A stretch of DNA of 64,000 nt from an uncultured Gammaproteobacteria bacterium (lineage in GTDB: Bacteria > Patescibacteriota > Patescibacteriia > Magasanikbacterales > UBA10003), in the NCBI GenBank assembly GCA_964365025.1, contig CAYIOJ010000002.1, positions 20,208 through 84,207 of the forward strand. The letters run 5' to 3'. The number at the start of each line of letters is the position of its first letter. Positions within the stretch are counted from its first letter, which is position 1. Shown in pieces: positions 53,334 to 63,728 of this stretch. The translations under genes and the position numbers were made by a program. The notes under the pieces were generated by a model. The model saw only the letters and a program-made list of their open reading frames with translations, had not been told where the DNA came from and made no database searches.

Positions 53334-56078
53334 ATGTCAATCTTTAAAACCCTTTTTGGCAGCCCAAATTTAAGAGTAATCAAGCAAATTCAGCCGATAG
53401 TTGAGGAAATCAATAAATTGGAATCGGAATTGGCCAAATTATCAGCTGATGAACTCAAAAATAAAACCGTTGAATTTCGCGAACGACTGGCTAAAGGCGA
53501 GGCGTTGGACGCACTTTTGTCCGAGGCCTTTGCCACTGTTCGCGAAGCGGCCAAACGCACTATTGGCCAACGGCATTTTGACGCGCAATTGATTGGCGCG
53601 GTTGTTTTGCATCGCGGGCAGATTTCTGAAATGCGCACTGGTGAAGGCAAAACCCTGACCGCGACCTTAGCAGTGTATTTAAACGCGTTGGAGGGCAAGG
53701 GCGCGCAGGTGGTAACGGTGAATGATTATTTGGCCAAGCGCGACGCAGTATGGATGGGGCAGATTTATAATGCCTTGGGCATGACTGTCGGGTGCATTCA
53801 ACAGCAGACGCGTAGTTTTATTTACGAACCAGGGTATCAAGCGGCCGCACCTGTTATTAAAGAAATCAGTGGTAAAGAAGATGAAGTCAAAGAGTCCTTG
53901 GTGAAAATTGAGCCGTCGCATTTGCGTCCGTGCCAGCGTCGCGAGGCCTATCATTGCGATATTACTTACGGCACCAATAATGAATTTGGTTTTGATTATT
54001 TGCGCGACAACATGGTGGCGAATTTGGCGGAAATGTCCCAGCGCGATTTGCATTACGCCATTATTGATGAAGTTGATTCAATTTTAATTGATGAAGCGCG
54101 CACCCCTTTGATTATTTCCGCTCCGGCAGAGGAAGCGACTGATAAATATTACCAGTTTTCCGAATTGGTCAGCCGTTTGACGGAAAATGAGGATTACAAC
54201 ATTGATGAAAAATTGCGCTCGGCCACTTTGACCGAGGCTGGTATTGAAAAATTGGAAAAATGGCTGGGTTTGGATAATATTTACGCCGAAGGCGGGATGC
54301 AAACAGTGCATCATTTGGAGCAGGCGCTTAAAGCGCGCGTGCTTTTTAAATTGGACAAGGATTATGTTGTGAAAGACGGCGAAGTTATTATTGTGGATGA
54401 ATTTACCGGCCGTTTGATGTTTGGCAGGCGCTTTAGCGAAGGCCTTCATCAAGCTATTGAGGCCAAAGAAAAAACTAAGATTCAGCGCGAATCGCAAACG
54501 CTTGCCACCGTCACTTTTCAAAATTATTTTCGTCTTTACAAAAAAATCGCCGGCATGACCGGCACGGCGGCCACCGAGGCCGAGGAATTTTCCAAAATTT
54601 ACAATTTGGAAGTGGTGGAAATTCCCACGCACCGGCCGATGATTCGTCGCGACGAGCCCGATCGCATTTATAAAAATGAGGAGGGCAAGTTTCAGGCCGT
54701 GATTAAAGAAATCAAAGAACGCAATACCAAAGGTCAGCCGGTTTTGGTCGGCACGATTTCCATTGAAAAAAACGAAGAGTTGAGCCGTCTTTTGGAAATG
54801 GAAGGGATACCGCACCAAATTTTAAACGCTAAAAATCATGAAAAAGAAGCGGAGATAATTTCTCAAGCCGGTCGTTTTGGCGCGGTTACTTTGGCCACGA
54901 ATATGGCCGGTCGCGGCGTGGATATTATTCTTGGCGGCAACCCGGCTATATCGGAAGAAGCAACCAAGGTGCGCGAAGCTGGCGGTTTGCATGTGCTTGG
55001 CACCGAACGGCACGAATCGCGGCGCATTGACAATCAATTGCGCGGCCGTTCCGGCCGCCAGGGCGACCCGGGTTCGTCTCAATTTTATGTGTCTTTGGAA
55101 GATGATTTGATGCGCATTTTTGGCTCGGACCGAATCAAAAAAATGATGGAATTTTTGAAAATGCCGGCGGATATGCCGATTGAAAATAAAATGGTGTCGC
55201 GGGCGCTGGAATCGGCGCAGAAAAAAGTGGAAGGGCACAATTTTGACATTCGCAAACACTTGCTTGATTATGATGATGTGTTGAATAAGCATCGCGGGGT
55301 GATTTACAAAAAACGGCGGGAAATTTTGGCCGAATACGAAGCGGAAAAATCAGGCGGACAAAAAAATGTTTTAAAAGCAAGAGTTTTGGAATTGGTGGAG
55401 CAGGAAATTGAGCAGGTGGTTTTTTTCCACACCGGCGGCACTGCGGGCGGGGATTGGAACATTAAAGAAATTTATGAAACAGCTATCACTATTTTTCCTT
55501 TGAATGAGTCGGAAAAAGAGGAATTGTTTAAAATTGCCCGTGAAGACGAAGGCCGCCGCGCTGATGCCGAGGCCCGTTCGCGTTTGGTGGAATTTTTGAT
55601 CGGCCTGGCCAAGACTCGTTATGATGAAATGAGGCAGAAAATAAATAATCCGGAAATGGTGTTGGAAATGGAAAAAGGCATTCTTTTGCGCGCGATTGAC
55701 ACCCTGTGGGTGGATCATTTGGTAGCGATTGATTATTTGCGCGCCGGTATTGGACTGCGCGGCTATGGCCAGCGCGATCCGTTGGTGGAGTATAAAAAGG
55801 AAACATACCGCTTATTCGGCGAGTTATTGAATTTGATTCAAAAAGAGGTTGTCTATAGTTTTTACAAAATTGGTACGGCCCTGGATTTAGCGCCGTCTTT
55901 GATGCAGAGAAGCAACATCCAGATGTCCGGCGCGGCGAAAGATGGCGGCTCGGCGGCCTCTATCGCGGAGACGCGGCCAAAAGAGTTTACGAAAACCGCC
56001 ACGGGTGATAAAATAGGCAGAAATGATCCCTGCCCCTGCGGGTCGGGGAAGAAATATAAGAAGTGTCATGGGAGATAA
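53334..56078 (+). CDS. secA: Protein translocase ATPase SecA
   Basis: Full-length SecA motor (GEGKTLTATLAVYLNAL, DEVDSILIDEARTPLIIS) with a C-terminal zinc-binding CPCGSGKKYKKCHG. Confidence 0.95.
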   Translation: MSIFKTLFGSPNLRVIKQIQPIVEEINKLESELAKLSADELKNKTVEFRERLAKGEALDALLSEAFATVREAAKRTIGQRHFDAQLIGAVVLHRGQISEMRTGEGKTLTATLAVYLNALEGKGAQVVTVNDYLAKRDAVWMGQIYNALGMTVGCIQQQTRSFIYEPGYQAAAPVIKEISGKEDEVKESLVKIEPSHLRPCQRREAYHCDITYGTNNEFGFDYLRDNMVANLAEMSQRDLHYAIIDEVDSILIDEARTPLIISAPAEEATDKYYQFSELVSRLTENEDYNIDEKLRSATLTEAGIEKLEKWLGLDNIYAEGGMQTVHHLEQALKARVLFKLDKDYVVKDGEVIIVDEFTGRLMFGRRFSEGLHQAIEAKEKTKIQRESQTLATVTFQNYFRLYKKIAGMTGTAATEAEEFSKIYNLEVVEIPTHRPMIRRDEPDRIYKNEEGKFQAVIKEIKERNTKGQPVLVGTISIEKNEELSRLLEMEGIPHQILNAKNHEKEAEIISQAGRFGAVTLATNMAGRGVDIILGGNPAISEEATKVREAGGLHVLGTERHESRRIDNQLRGRSGRQGDPGSSQFYVSLEDDLMRIFGSDRIKKMMEFLKMPADMPIENKMVSRALESAQKKVEGHNFDIRKHLLDYDDVLNKHRGVIYKKRREILAEYEAEKSGGQKNVLKARVLELVEQEIEQVVFFHTGGTAGGDWNIKEIYETAITIFPLNESEKEELFKIAREDEGRRADAEARSRLVEFLIGLAKTRYDEMRQKINNPEMVLEMEKGILLRAIDTLWVDHLVAIDYLRAGIGLRGYGQRDPLVEYKKETYRLFGELLNLIQKEVVYSFYKIGTALDLAPSLMQRSNIQMSGAAKDGGSAASIAETRPKEFTKTATGDKIGRNDPCPCGSGKKYKKCHGR

Positions 56079-56087
56079 TTTTAAAAT

Positions 56088-57536
56088 ATGAAAAAAATAT
56101 TTTCTCACAAGATTTTAATCATCGGTTACGGCGCGGTGTCGCAGTGCACCTTGCCGATTTTATTGGACAAGATTGATGTTCCTTTTGGCAATGTCACCAT
56201 CATTGATTTTGAAGATAAATCGCAATTATTGAAAAAATACACTGATAAAGGTTTGAATTATATTCATGAACGGATTACCCAAGAAAATTTAGGCCATGTT
56301 TTGTCAAAGCATTTGGATGATGGGGGATTGCTGATTGATCTGGCTTGGAATATCGGCGCCAATGATATTCTTAGCTGGTGCCATGATCATAATGTTTTGT
56401 ATGTGAATACTTCGGTAGAGGTTTGGGATTCATTGGCTGGTGTTTTCACCGACAGTCCATTTGAAAAATCATTGTATTGGCGGCAAATGAAACTTCGGGA
56501 AATGATTAAAGATTGGAAAGACGCGCCGACTGCCGTGGTGGATCACGGCGCTAATCCCGGATTGATTTCGCATTTTGCCAAACAAGGACTTATGGATATC
56601 GCCGCGAAATTGATTGCCGATAACAAAGCAACCGGACAAGATAAGGAAGAAATGCAGCAATATCAAAAAGACAAGAATTTTGCCAAACTTGCGCAAAAAC
56701 TGGGAGTAAAAGTTATTCATTGCAGTGAGCGGGACACGCAAATTACCAATCGTCCAAAAGCAGTTGATGAATTTGTGGGCACTTGGAGCATTGAAGGCCT
56801 GCGCGAAGAAGGGACGGCGCCGGCGGAAATGGGGTGGGGGACACATGAACAAAAATTGCCGGCTTTGGCGCAGGTGCCGCCGTATGGCCCTAAAAATCAA
56901 ATTGCTCTTGCCCAGATGGGCGTCAACACTTGGGTGAGGTCGTGGATACCCAATGAAGAAATTGTGGGTATGGTGATTCGTCACGGCGAGGCCTTTGGGC
57001 TTTCCGACCGTTTGACTGTTTGGGATGGGGACAAGGCCATCTATCGGCCGACAGTGCATTACGCGTATATGCCTTGTCACGAAACACTGTCTTCTTTGTG
57101 CGAATTGCGCGGACGAAATTATGTTTTGCCGCCAAAATTGAGAATTATGGGAGATGAAATTACTTGCGGAGCTGATATTTTGGGCGCGTTACTCATGGGG
57201 CATCAATTTAATTCTTGGTGGACCGGCAGCGCTTTGACTATTGAAGAGGCGAGGCGGCTGGCTCCTGGGCAAAATGCTACTACGCTTCAAGTTGCTTTGG
57301 GAGTCATTTCTGCGGCGCTGTGGATGATTGATAATCCGCGTCGCGGGCTTAACTTGCCGGATGATTTGCCTCATGATTTTGTTTTGGATATTGCGAAGCC
57401 TTATCTGGGCGATTTTATTTCCACGCCTTCTGATTGGACGCCCTTGAAAAATCGTGTGATTTATTTTAAAGAAAATCCAGCCAGCCGGCCGCATCCGGAC
57501 ACTTGGCAGTTTGAGAATTTTAAATTTTTGTCATAA
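56088..57536 (+). CDS. hss: Homospermidine synthase-like / saccharopine-dehydrogenase-family enzyme
   Basis: 482 aa with an N-terminal Rossmann fold (ILIIGYGAVSQ) and length and pattern typical of bacterial homospermidine synthase. It lies in a polyamine gene neighbourhood. Confidence 0.55.
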   Translation: MKKIFSHKILIIGYGAVSQCTLPILLDKIDVPFGNVTIIDFEDKSQLLKKYTDKGLNYIHERITQENLGHVLSKHLDDGGLLIDLAWNIGANDILSWCHDHNVLYVNTSVEVWDSLAGVFTDSPFEKSLYWRQMKLREMIKDWKDAPTAVVDHGANPGLISHFAKQGLMDIAAKLIADNKATGQDKEEMQQYQKDKNFAKLAQKLGVKVIHCSERDTQITNRPKAVDEFVGTWSIEGLREEGTAPAEMGWGTHEQKLPALAQVPPYGPKNQIALAQMGVNTWVRSWIPNEEIVGMVIRHGEAFGLSDRLTVWDGDKAIYRPTVHYAYMPCHETLSSLCELRGRNYVLPPKLRIMGDEITCGADILGALLMGHQFNSWWTGSALTIEEARRLAPGQNATTLQVALGVISAALWMIDNPRRGLNLPDDLPHDFVLDIAKPYLGDFISTPSDWTPLKNRVIYFKENPASRPHPDTWQFENFKFLS

Positions 57537-57582
57537 ATTAAAAAAGGCGCTGAACAGACCGTTTGGTCCGTCGCGCCCTATA

Positions 57583-57918
57583 TTACAGGTTCATGAGTAT
57601 GACCCCGGCCATAGATAGGGCCATTCCGAACGCATGTAGTGGCTGAATTTTATCTCCAAAATACAAACAGCCAATTAGTATAGCGCAGACGCCGATTATC
57701 GCCATTTGCATGATGCAAAGCCGTCCCAGCTCCCACTTTAATTGGAACAAGTAGATGAAAAGAATACTTTGAATTAGGTAGAGAGCTACGATTGGCGCCA
57801 TCAGCCAATGGAACACGCCCTGCGCCAAGGTGGAAGTATTATTAGCCAATTCTTTGGTCAGGGAATCGGCTATCACGGCCGATATTGCCGCAACAACCAT
57901 CATCAACGCCTGTGTCAT
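57583..57918 (-). CDS. Small 4-TM membrane transporter, SMR/DMT-like
   Basis: 111 aa with four hydrophobic helices and an EmrE/MdtIJ-like size and layout. Confidence 0.5.
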   Translation of the reverse strand: MTQALMMVVAAISAVIADSLTKELANNTSTLAQGVFHWLMAPIVALYLIQSILFIYLFQLKWELGRLCIMQMAIIGVCAILIGCLYFGDKIQPLHAFGMALSMAGVILMNL

Positions 57919-57972
57919 TTGTCTCCTCTTTCATTTTTTGAACTGGCTATAATTTAGCATAATTATTTATTT

Positions 57973-59169
57973 TTGTCAAGGACCATCATTATGATGACCG
58001 AACAACGAAAAAAACTTTTGCAGGAATTGGCCGCCAAGCGCGGCACGCCGCTATTCGTGATTGACCACGAAATCCTGCGGCAGAATTTTCAGGAATTTCG
58101 GGAAAAACTGCCCGATATTCAACCGTATTTCGCGGTTAAGGCTAACCCTGATCCGGAAATAATCAAAACCATGTTTGATTTGGGTTCAAGCTTTGACACG
58201 GCTTCAATTTATGAATTTAAAATGGTCCACGAGCATATCAAAGATTGGTCGGAAAAACAGCGGCAGGATTTTATCTGGGACAAGATTATTTACGCCAACA
58301 CCATCAAGCCGGCGAAAGTTCTAGCCAAGTTGAATCCTTATAAAATTCTAGTTACTTTTGACAATATTGAAGAATTAAAAAAAATCAGACAGCACGCGCC
58401 AGACGTGGGACTGATTCTGCGCCTGCGCGTGCCCAATACCGGCTCCATGGTGGAGCTTTCTTCAAAGTTTGGCGCTCATCCCGGCGAGGCGGTGGACCTG
58501 ATGCTTGAAGCCGCACAGATGAATTTGGGAGTGGAGGGTATTAGTTTTCATGTGGGCAGTCAGTGCAATAATTTTGATAATTATGTGCAGGCCCTGAATT
58601 TTGTTTCTTCAATTTTTAAAGAAGCGAAATTGCGCGGATTGGAAATCGGATTTGTGAGAGACGGCCAAAGGACCAAAGTGGTGGATATTGGTGGCGGCTT
58701 TCCGGTAAAGTACACGCCAGACGTGAAATCGTTCACCGCGCTCGCCAAAAAAATAAATTCGGAAATCAAGCGGTTGTTTAATAAAGATCGCGTTCAGATC
58801 ATTGCCGAACCCGGCCGGTTTATGGTGGCGGCGGCCTGTACTTTGGTAACCAAGATTATCGGCAAGTCGGTGCGCGACGGCAAGACCTGCTATTATTTGG
58901 ATGACGGGGTTTACCACACTTTTTCCGGACAGGTTTTTGATCATCAGCATTACCCGCTGCATTCTTTTAAAGAAGGCGAGAAAAAAGTTTGCGCCACTTT
59001 CGGCCCGACCTGCGACGCCTTTGACACGATTTCTCTGGCTGATGAATTGCCGGAGGACTTGCAAATTGATGATTTGCTTTATGCCGAAAATATGGGCGCC
59101 TATACCACGGGTTCAGCCACTTTTTTCAATGGTTTTCCACCGGCCAAAGTGGTGCATATAAACAAGTAA
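57973..59169 (+). CDS. PLP-dependent decarboxylase, fold type III (ornithine / diaminopimelate / carboxy(nor)spermidine decarboxylase family)
   Basis: Carries the FAVKANPDPEI PLP-lysine motif, the GGGFPV glycine-rich loop and a C-terminal beta-barrel domain. Confidence 0.75.
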   Translation: MSRTIIMMTEQRKKLLQELAAKRGTPLFVIDHEILRQNFQEFREKLPDIQPYFAVKANPDPEIIKTMFDLGSSFDTASIYEFKMVHEHIKDWSEKQRQDFIWDKIIYANTIKPAKVLAKLNPYKILVTFDNIEELKKIRQHAPDVGLILRLRVPNTGSMVELSSKFGAHPGEAVDLMLEAAQMNLGVEGISFHVGSQCNNFDNYVQALNFVSSIFKEAKLRGLEIGFVRDGQRTKVVDIGGGFPVKYTPDVKSFTALAKKINSEIKRLFNKDRVQIIAEPGRFMVAAACTLVTKIIGKSVRDGKTCYYLDDGVYHTFSGQVFDHQHYPLHSFKEGEKKVCATFGPTCDAFDTISLADELPEDLQIDDLLYAENMGAYTTGSATFFNGFPPAKVVHINK

Positions 59170-59247
59170 ATACACAAGCTTGTTTATTTTTCCATTCTAT
59201 TATATAATAGAGTCAATCTTTTTGATTCTTAATTTTTAAGTTTTTCT

Positions 59248-60978
59248 ATGGGTATTCGCAATTTCCGCGTAACCAATACAATGTCGCGCCAGCGCATCAG
59301 ATGGGGGACGATCGGCGTGGCTGTGTTATTAATTTTTACCGCTCTGTTTTCCTTTCCGCAGGCGTATGATAAAGTGTCGGACGGATTGAAAAGCAAAAGT
59401 GGCATTGATTTGGGGCACTTTCCATGGCAGACGCCGTTTCGGCTGGGGTTGGATTTGCTTGGCGGCACGCATTTGGTATATGAGGCCGATGTGGCCAAAA
59501 TGTCTTCTGGCGGAAAAGCCGACGCGGTGGAAGGAGTGCGCGATGTGATTGAGCGGCGCGTCAACGCTCTTGGCGTGTCCGAACCGGTGGTGCAGACCGA
59601 TCGCGCGGGAGAATCTTGGCGCGTAATCGTGGAGTTGGCCGGCATTAAAGACGTGAATCAGGCCATTAAAATGATTGGCGAGACGCCTATTTTGGAATTT
59701 AAAGAAGAAGCGGGATTTATTGGATTAACTGACGAGCAAAAAAAAGGAATGGAAACATTTAATAAAGCCGCGGAGAAAAAGGCCAATGATGTTTTAAAAC
59801 AAGCTTTGAAATCAAAAACTGACTTTGTCGCGTTGGCCAAAAAATATTCTGAAGACCCGGGCTCGGCCGCTAACGGCGGGGCCTTGGGTTGGTTTGGCGA
59901 AGGCATGATGGTGAAATCGTTTGAAAACGCGGTCAAAACACTGTCGGTAAATCAGTTGACTACAAAATTAGTTCAATCGCCATTCGGTTATCACATCATT
60001 AAAAAGACCGGTGAGAGGGAAGTGGAAAAAGACGGTGAGAAAGTAAAAGAATACGAAGCCAGTCACATTTTATTGAAAACTAAAAGCGAGGCGGATTACG
60101 CTCCTGCCGATCAGTGGAAATTGACCGGTTTGTCCGGCCAGCAATTGAAAAAATCTTCAGTGCAGTTTGATCCAAATTCCGGCATGCCCACAGTAGCTTT
60201 GGAATTCAATGCCGAGGGCAAGGATTTGTTTGCCGCCATTACCGAGCGCAATGTCAATAAACAGGTGGCCATATTTTTGGACGGGGATCTAATTTCCAGT
60301 CCGGTCGTGAGAGAAGCGATTCGTGATGGGCAAGCCGTTATTTCCGGCGATTTCAGCATTGCCGAGGCTAAACAATTATCCCAACGTCTGAACGCCGGCG
60401 CTTTGCCTGTGCCTGTCACTTTGATCGGCCAGCAGACAGTCGGAGCGAGCCTGGGAGCCGATTCATTAGACAAAAGTTTGTTTGCCGGCTTGATTGGATT
60501 TGTTGCTGTGGCTGTGTTTATGATTTTGTTTTATCGTTTGCCCGGAGTGCTCGCGGTTTTGGCTTTGATTCTCTATACATTTATAACTCTCACGATTTTC
60601 AAGATGATCCCGGTAACTTTGACTTTGGCTGGTATTGCCGGTTTTATTCTTTCTATTGGCATGGCTGTGGACGCGAATGTTTTAATTTTTGAACGCACTA
60701 AAGAAGAATTGCGCCGCGGACTCACCATCACGCAGGCGCTGAACGAGGGCTTCGCGCGCGCCTGGCTGTCAATACGTGATTCCAACGCCTCCAGTTTGAT
60801 TACTTGTTTGATTCTGATGTGGTTTGGCACGAGCGTGGTTAAAGGTTTCGCCATTACTTTGGCCATTGGTATTTTGGTAAGCATGTTTTCGGCCATTACG
60901 GTTACTCGCGTTTTGCTACATTTTGTCGGGCCGTGGATAAAAAATGCCAAATGGTTTTTGGGAGGGGTAAAAAAATAA
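59248..60978 (+). CDS. secD: Protein translocase subunit SecD with an embedded parvulin-like PPIase domain
   Basis: SecD TM1, P1 head and a C-terminal 6-TM bundle. Inside the periplasmic domain is a segment FVALAKKYSEDPGSAANGGALGWFGEGMMVKSFENAV ... SPFGYHIIKK ... EASHILLKT that matches the parvulin/PrsA signature. Confidence 0.8.
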   Translation: MGIRNFRVTNTMSRQRIRWGTIGVAVLLIFTALFSFPQAYDKVSDGLKSKSGIDLGHFPWQTPFRLGLDLLGGTHLVYEADVAKMSSGGKADAVEGVRDVIERRVNALGVSEPVVQTDRAGESWRVIVELAGIKDVNQAIKMIGETPILEFKEEAGFIGLTDEQKKGMETFNKAAEKKANDVLKQALKSKTDFVALAKKYSEDPGSAANGGALGWFGEGMMVKSFENAVKTLSVNQLTTKLVQSPFGYHIIKKTGEREVEKDGEKVKEYEASHILLKTKSEADYAPADQWKLTGLSGQQLKKSSVQFDPNSGMPTVALEFNAEGKDLFAAITERNVNKQVAIFLDGDLISSPVVREAIRDGQAVISGDFSIAEAKQLSQRLNAGALPVPVTLIGQQTVGASLGADSLDKSLFAGLIGFVAVAVFMILFYRLPGVLAVLALILYTFITLTIFKMIPVTLTLAGIAGFILSIGMAVDANVLIFERTKEELRRGLTITQALNEGFARAWLSIRDSNASSLITCLILMWFGTSVVKGFAITLAIGILVSMFSAITVTRVLLHFVGPWIKNAKWFLGGVKK

Positions 60979-61006
60979 TTGACGCCAAGCGTCACCTTGA
61001 ATAATT

Positions 61007-61909
61007 ATGACCAATTTCAATCTTGTTAAAAATCAAAAATATTTTCTAGTTTTTTCCGGCGTTTTGATTGTGGCCGGTTTGCTCGCGATTTTGATTTGGG
61101 GGCTGAAGCCTGGTTTGGATTTTACCGGCGGCTCGCTTTTGGAAGTGGCTTTTCAGGACGCCCGTCCGGACAATCAAGAGGTTGAACAAAAAATTAGTTC
61201 ACTCGCGGAAAAGCCGGTTTTGATTCCGGCCGGGGAAAAAGATTTGATTATTAAAATGAAAGCGGTTGATGAGGCCAAACATCAGCAGATTTTGTCAGCC
61301 TTGAAAGAGCTGGGCGGTGGAGGGGATAAGGTGATGGAGAAAAGATTTGAAATGATTGGTCCCACTGTCAGCGCGGAGTTGAAAACAAAATCATTTTTAG
61401 CCATTGTTTTTGTGCTGCTGGCTATTATTCTCTACATCGCTTTTGCTTTCCGCAAAGTTTCACGTCCGGTCAGTTCTTGGAAATACGGCGTTTGCGCGGT
61501 CTTGGCCCTGTTTCACGATGTGATTATTCCGACCGGCGTCTTTGCCGTTTTAGGGCGCTTTCTCGGCGTGGAGGTTGACACCTTGTTTGTTACCGCGCTT
61601 TTAACTGTACTCGGCTTCTCGGTTCATGATACAATAGTGGTGTATGATCGCATTCGTGAAAATCTGCTGAAATTTCCGCGCGAGACTTTTGATGAAGTGG
61701 TTAACCGCAGTGTTAATCAAACCGCGGTGCGTTCGGTAAACACTTCCCTAACTGTGCTTCTGGTGCTACTCGCCACTTTCTTTTTTGGCGGTGAATCAGT
61801 CAAGTATTTTGTGCTGACTTTGATTATCGGCGTGGTCTTTGGAACTTACTCATCAATTTTTATCGCGAGCCCACTGCTTGTGATTTGGAATCGAGCGGCG
61901 AAAAAATAA
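61007..61909 (+). CDS. secF: Protein translocase subunit SecF
   Basis: SecF TM pattern and conserved FHDVIIPTG ... VHDTIVVYDRIREN. Confidence 0.9.
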   Translation: MTNFNLVKNQKYFLVFSGVLIVAGLLAILIWGLKPGLDFTGGSLLEVAFQDARPDNQEVEQKISSLAEKPVLIPAGEKDLIIKMKAVDEAKHQQILSALKELGGGGDKVMEKRFEMIGPTVSAELKTKSFLAIVFVLLAIILYIAFAFRKVSRPVSSWKYGVCAVLALFHDVIIPTGVFAVLGRFLGVEVDTLFVTALLTVLGFSVHDTIVVYDRIRENLLKFPRETFDEVVNRSVNQTAVRSVNTSLTVLLVLLATFFFGGESVKYFVLTLIIGVVFGTYSSIFIASPLLVIWNRAAKK

Positions 61910-61921
61910 TTTTAACGCCCG

Positions 61922-62320
61922 ATGATTTCTATGCGAGGAGAATCATTAATGGGTTACACCTACGATGAGGTAGAGGCGTACCGCCATGGCGCTTCTCTTT
62001 TGATTTGTTTCGCGGTCATTTTAATGTTTTTTGGCGGTTATTTTTCAGCGCAATTGGAATGGAAATGGCTGCAAATTTCCGCCTTGCTCGCGGCCTGGCA
62101 AACATTTCAGTATTTGGGCTCCATGGAAGTAAAAATGGATTTTTACACGATGATTATCAGAGTTATTGCGTCGCTTTTGGTCGGTCTGGTTTTCTGGTTG
62201 ATTTTTTTATGGGGTTTTTATGTCGGACCCAAGCACGCTTGGTGGGCCTTTTTGCCATTGGTTTTGGTTTATTTTATTTCGGCTAAATACATTCACAAGC
62301 CTTACAAACGCGGTCATTGA
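61922..62320 (+). CDS. Hypothetical 4-TM membrane protein
   Basis: 132 aa with four hydrophobic helices. No family recognised. Confidence 0.4.
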   Translation: MISMRGESLMGYTYDEVEAYRHGASLLICFAVILMFFGGYFSAQLEWKWLQISALLAAWQTFQYLGSMEVKMDFYTMIIRVIASLLVGLVFWLIFLWGFYVGPKHAWWAFLPLVLVYFISAKYIHKPYKRGH

Positions 62321-62321
62321 T

Positions 62322-63722
62322 ATGATTTCTATTGATTTCAGCTATTTTGATTGGTTTCTCAATTTTATTACCGTGGCCCCGCCGACCGAAGTGTATATCT
62401 ACCTTTTCACTCACGGCGGTTGGCTAATTTTATTTTTTGTCGTCTTTAAATCTTTTTGGCAGTTTTATCATCTTTCCCGCACCGGCGCGTATCTCGGAAA
62501 ACTGCCGTGGGTGCTTCTGGCAGTGGACATTCCCAAAGGCAATGAACAGACGCCAAAAGCGGTGGAGCAGATATTCGCGCACTTGGCCGGCGCTCACAAA
62601 ACACCTGATTTGGAGGAACAGTTTTTATACGGCTTTATGCCGGCTTGGTTTTCGTTTGAAATCGTGAGCATTGAGGGCTATATTCAATTTATTATCCGTA
62701 CTATTAAAAAATATCGCGATTTGGTGGAAGCCTCCATTTACGCGCAATACCCGGAAGCGGAAATCACTGAAATTGAAGATTATACCAATGATTTTCCGTC
62801 GCATTTTCCCAATAAAGAATACCAACTGTTCGGCACTGAATATATTCTTACCAATAAAGAGCAGAGTTATCCCATCCGCACTTACAAAGATTTTGAGCAC
62901 ACGGCCGCGGAAGATATTTTTAAAGACCCTATTGCCGCGCTTTTGGAAACATTCAGCCGTGTGGGCAAGGGCGAATTTACCGGTTTGCAGATTTTAGTGA
63001 AACCAATCAGCAACAGATGGAATAATTGGAAAGAGCACGGCGAGGCGGTGGTAAAAAAAATGATTGGAGCCAAGGTAAAAATTAAAGATTCTATTATTAG
63101 CAAACTTGGCAGCTTGCCCGGACAAGTTTTGGATACAACAGTTGAAGCAGTGGCCGGATACGCGGTGGGAGCGGAAGAAGCAATGAATAAAAAAGAAGAA
63201 GCGCCCTCTTTGATGTTGCACTTGCCGCCCGGATTTAAAGTTAACGTGGAAAAAGTGGAAACAAAAATCAGCAAGATTTGTTTTGCCACGAAAATCCGCT
63301 GGATTTATATGGCGAAGAAAGACATCTATAATCGCGCCAAAACCAGCTATGGCGTGACCGGCGCTTTTAAACAATATAATGTAGAAGATATGAACGGCCT
63401 TAAACCTGAATTTGCCTCAATTGGCACGCATGTGCATTATTTTATGATAAAGACGCGTCAAAATTGGCGCCGCACTCGCCTGATTAACGCTTATAAAGCG
63501 CGGAGCCGCTGGAAGGGCGCCATGGAATATCTTTTAAACATTGAAGAGCTGGCTTCGTTGTGGCACTTCCCGATGCTTACGGTCAAGGCGCCGATGGTCG
63601 CCGGCACTCAAGCCAAACGCGGCCAGCCGCCGGCTACATTGCCGGTGGAGAGAGAAGGTGGCTTGTTAAGGCCGGTGGAGAAAAAGGCTAAAGGCGCTCC
63701 GCCGCCGAATTTGCCGGTATAA
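62322..63722 (+). CDS. Hypothetical membrane-anchored protein with a large soluble domain
   Basis: N-terminal TM helix (WLILFFVVFKSFW) and a ~400-aa soluble region with no nucleotide-binding motifs. It precedes a coupling-protein-like ATPase gene. Confidence 0.4.
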   Translation: MISIDFSYFDWFLNFITVAPPTEVYIYLFTHGGWLILFFVVFKSFWQFYHLSRTGAYLGKLPWVLLAVDIPKGNEQTPKAVEQIFAHLAGAHKTPDLEEQFLYGFMPAWFSFEIVSIEGYIQFIIRTIKKYRDLVEASIYAQYPEAEITEIEDYTNDFPSHFPNKEYQLFGTEYILTNKEQSYPIRTYKDFEHTAAEDIFKDPIAALLETFSRVGKGEFTGLQILVKPISNRWNNWKEHGEAVVKKMIGAKVKIKDSIISKLGSLPGQVLDTTVEAVAGYAVGAEEAMNKKEEAPSLMLHLPPGFKVNVEKVETKISKICFATKIRWIYMAKKDIYNRAKTSYGVTGAFKQYNVEDMNGLKPEFASIGTHVHYFMIKTRQNWRRTRLINAYKARSRWKGAMEYLLNIEELASLWHFPMLTVKAPMVAGTQAKRGQPPATLPVEREGGLLRPVEKKAKGAPPPNLPV

Positions 63723-63728
63723 GTATAT

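Noticed and set aside
54084-55718. Several minus-strand ORFs (up to 244 aa) inside secA
   Set aside because: They are antisense to a full-length SecA whose every motif is intact, and their translations are Phe/Asn/Ile-rich artefacts of the AT-rich antisense strand.
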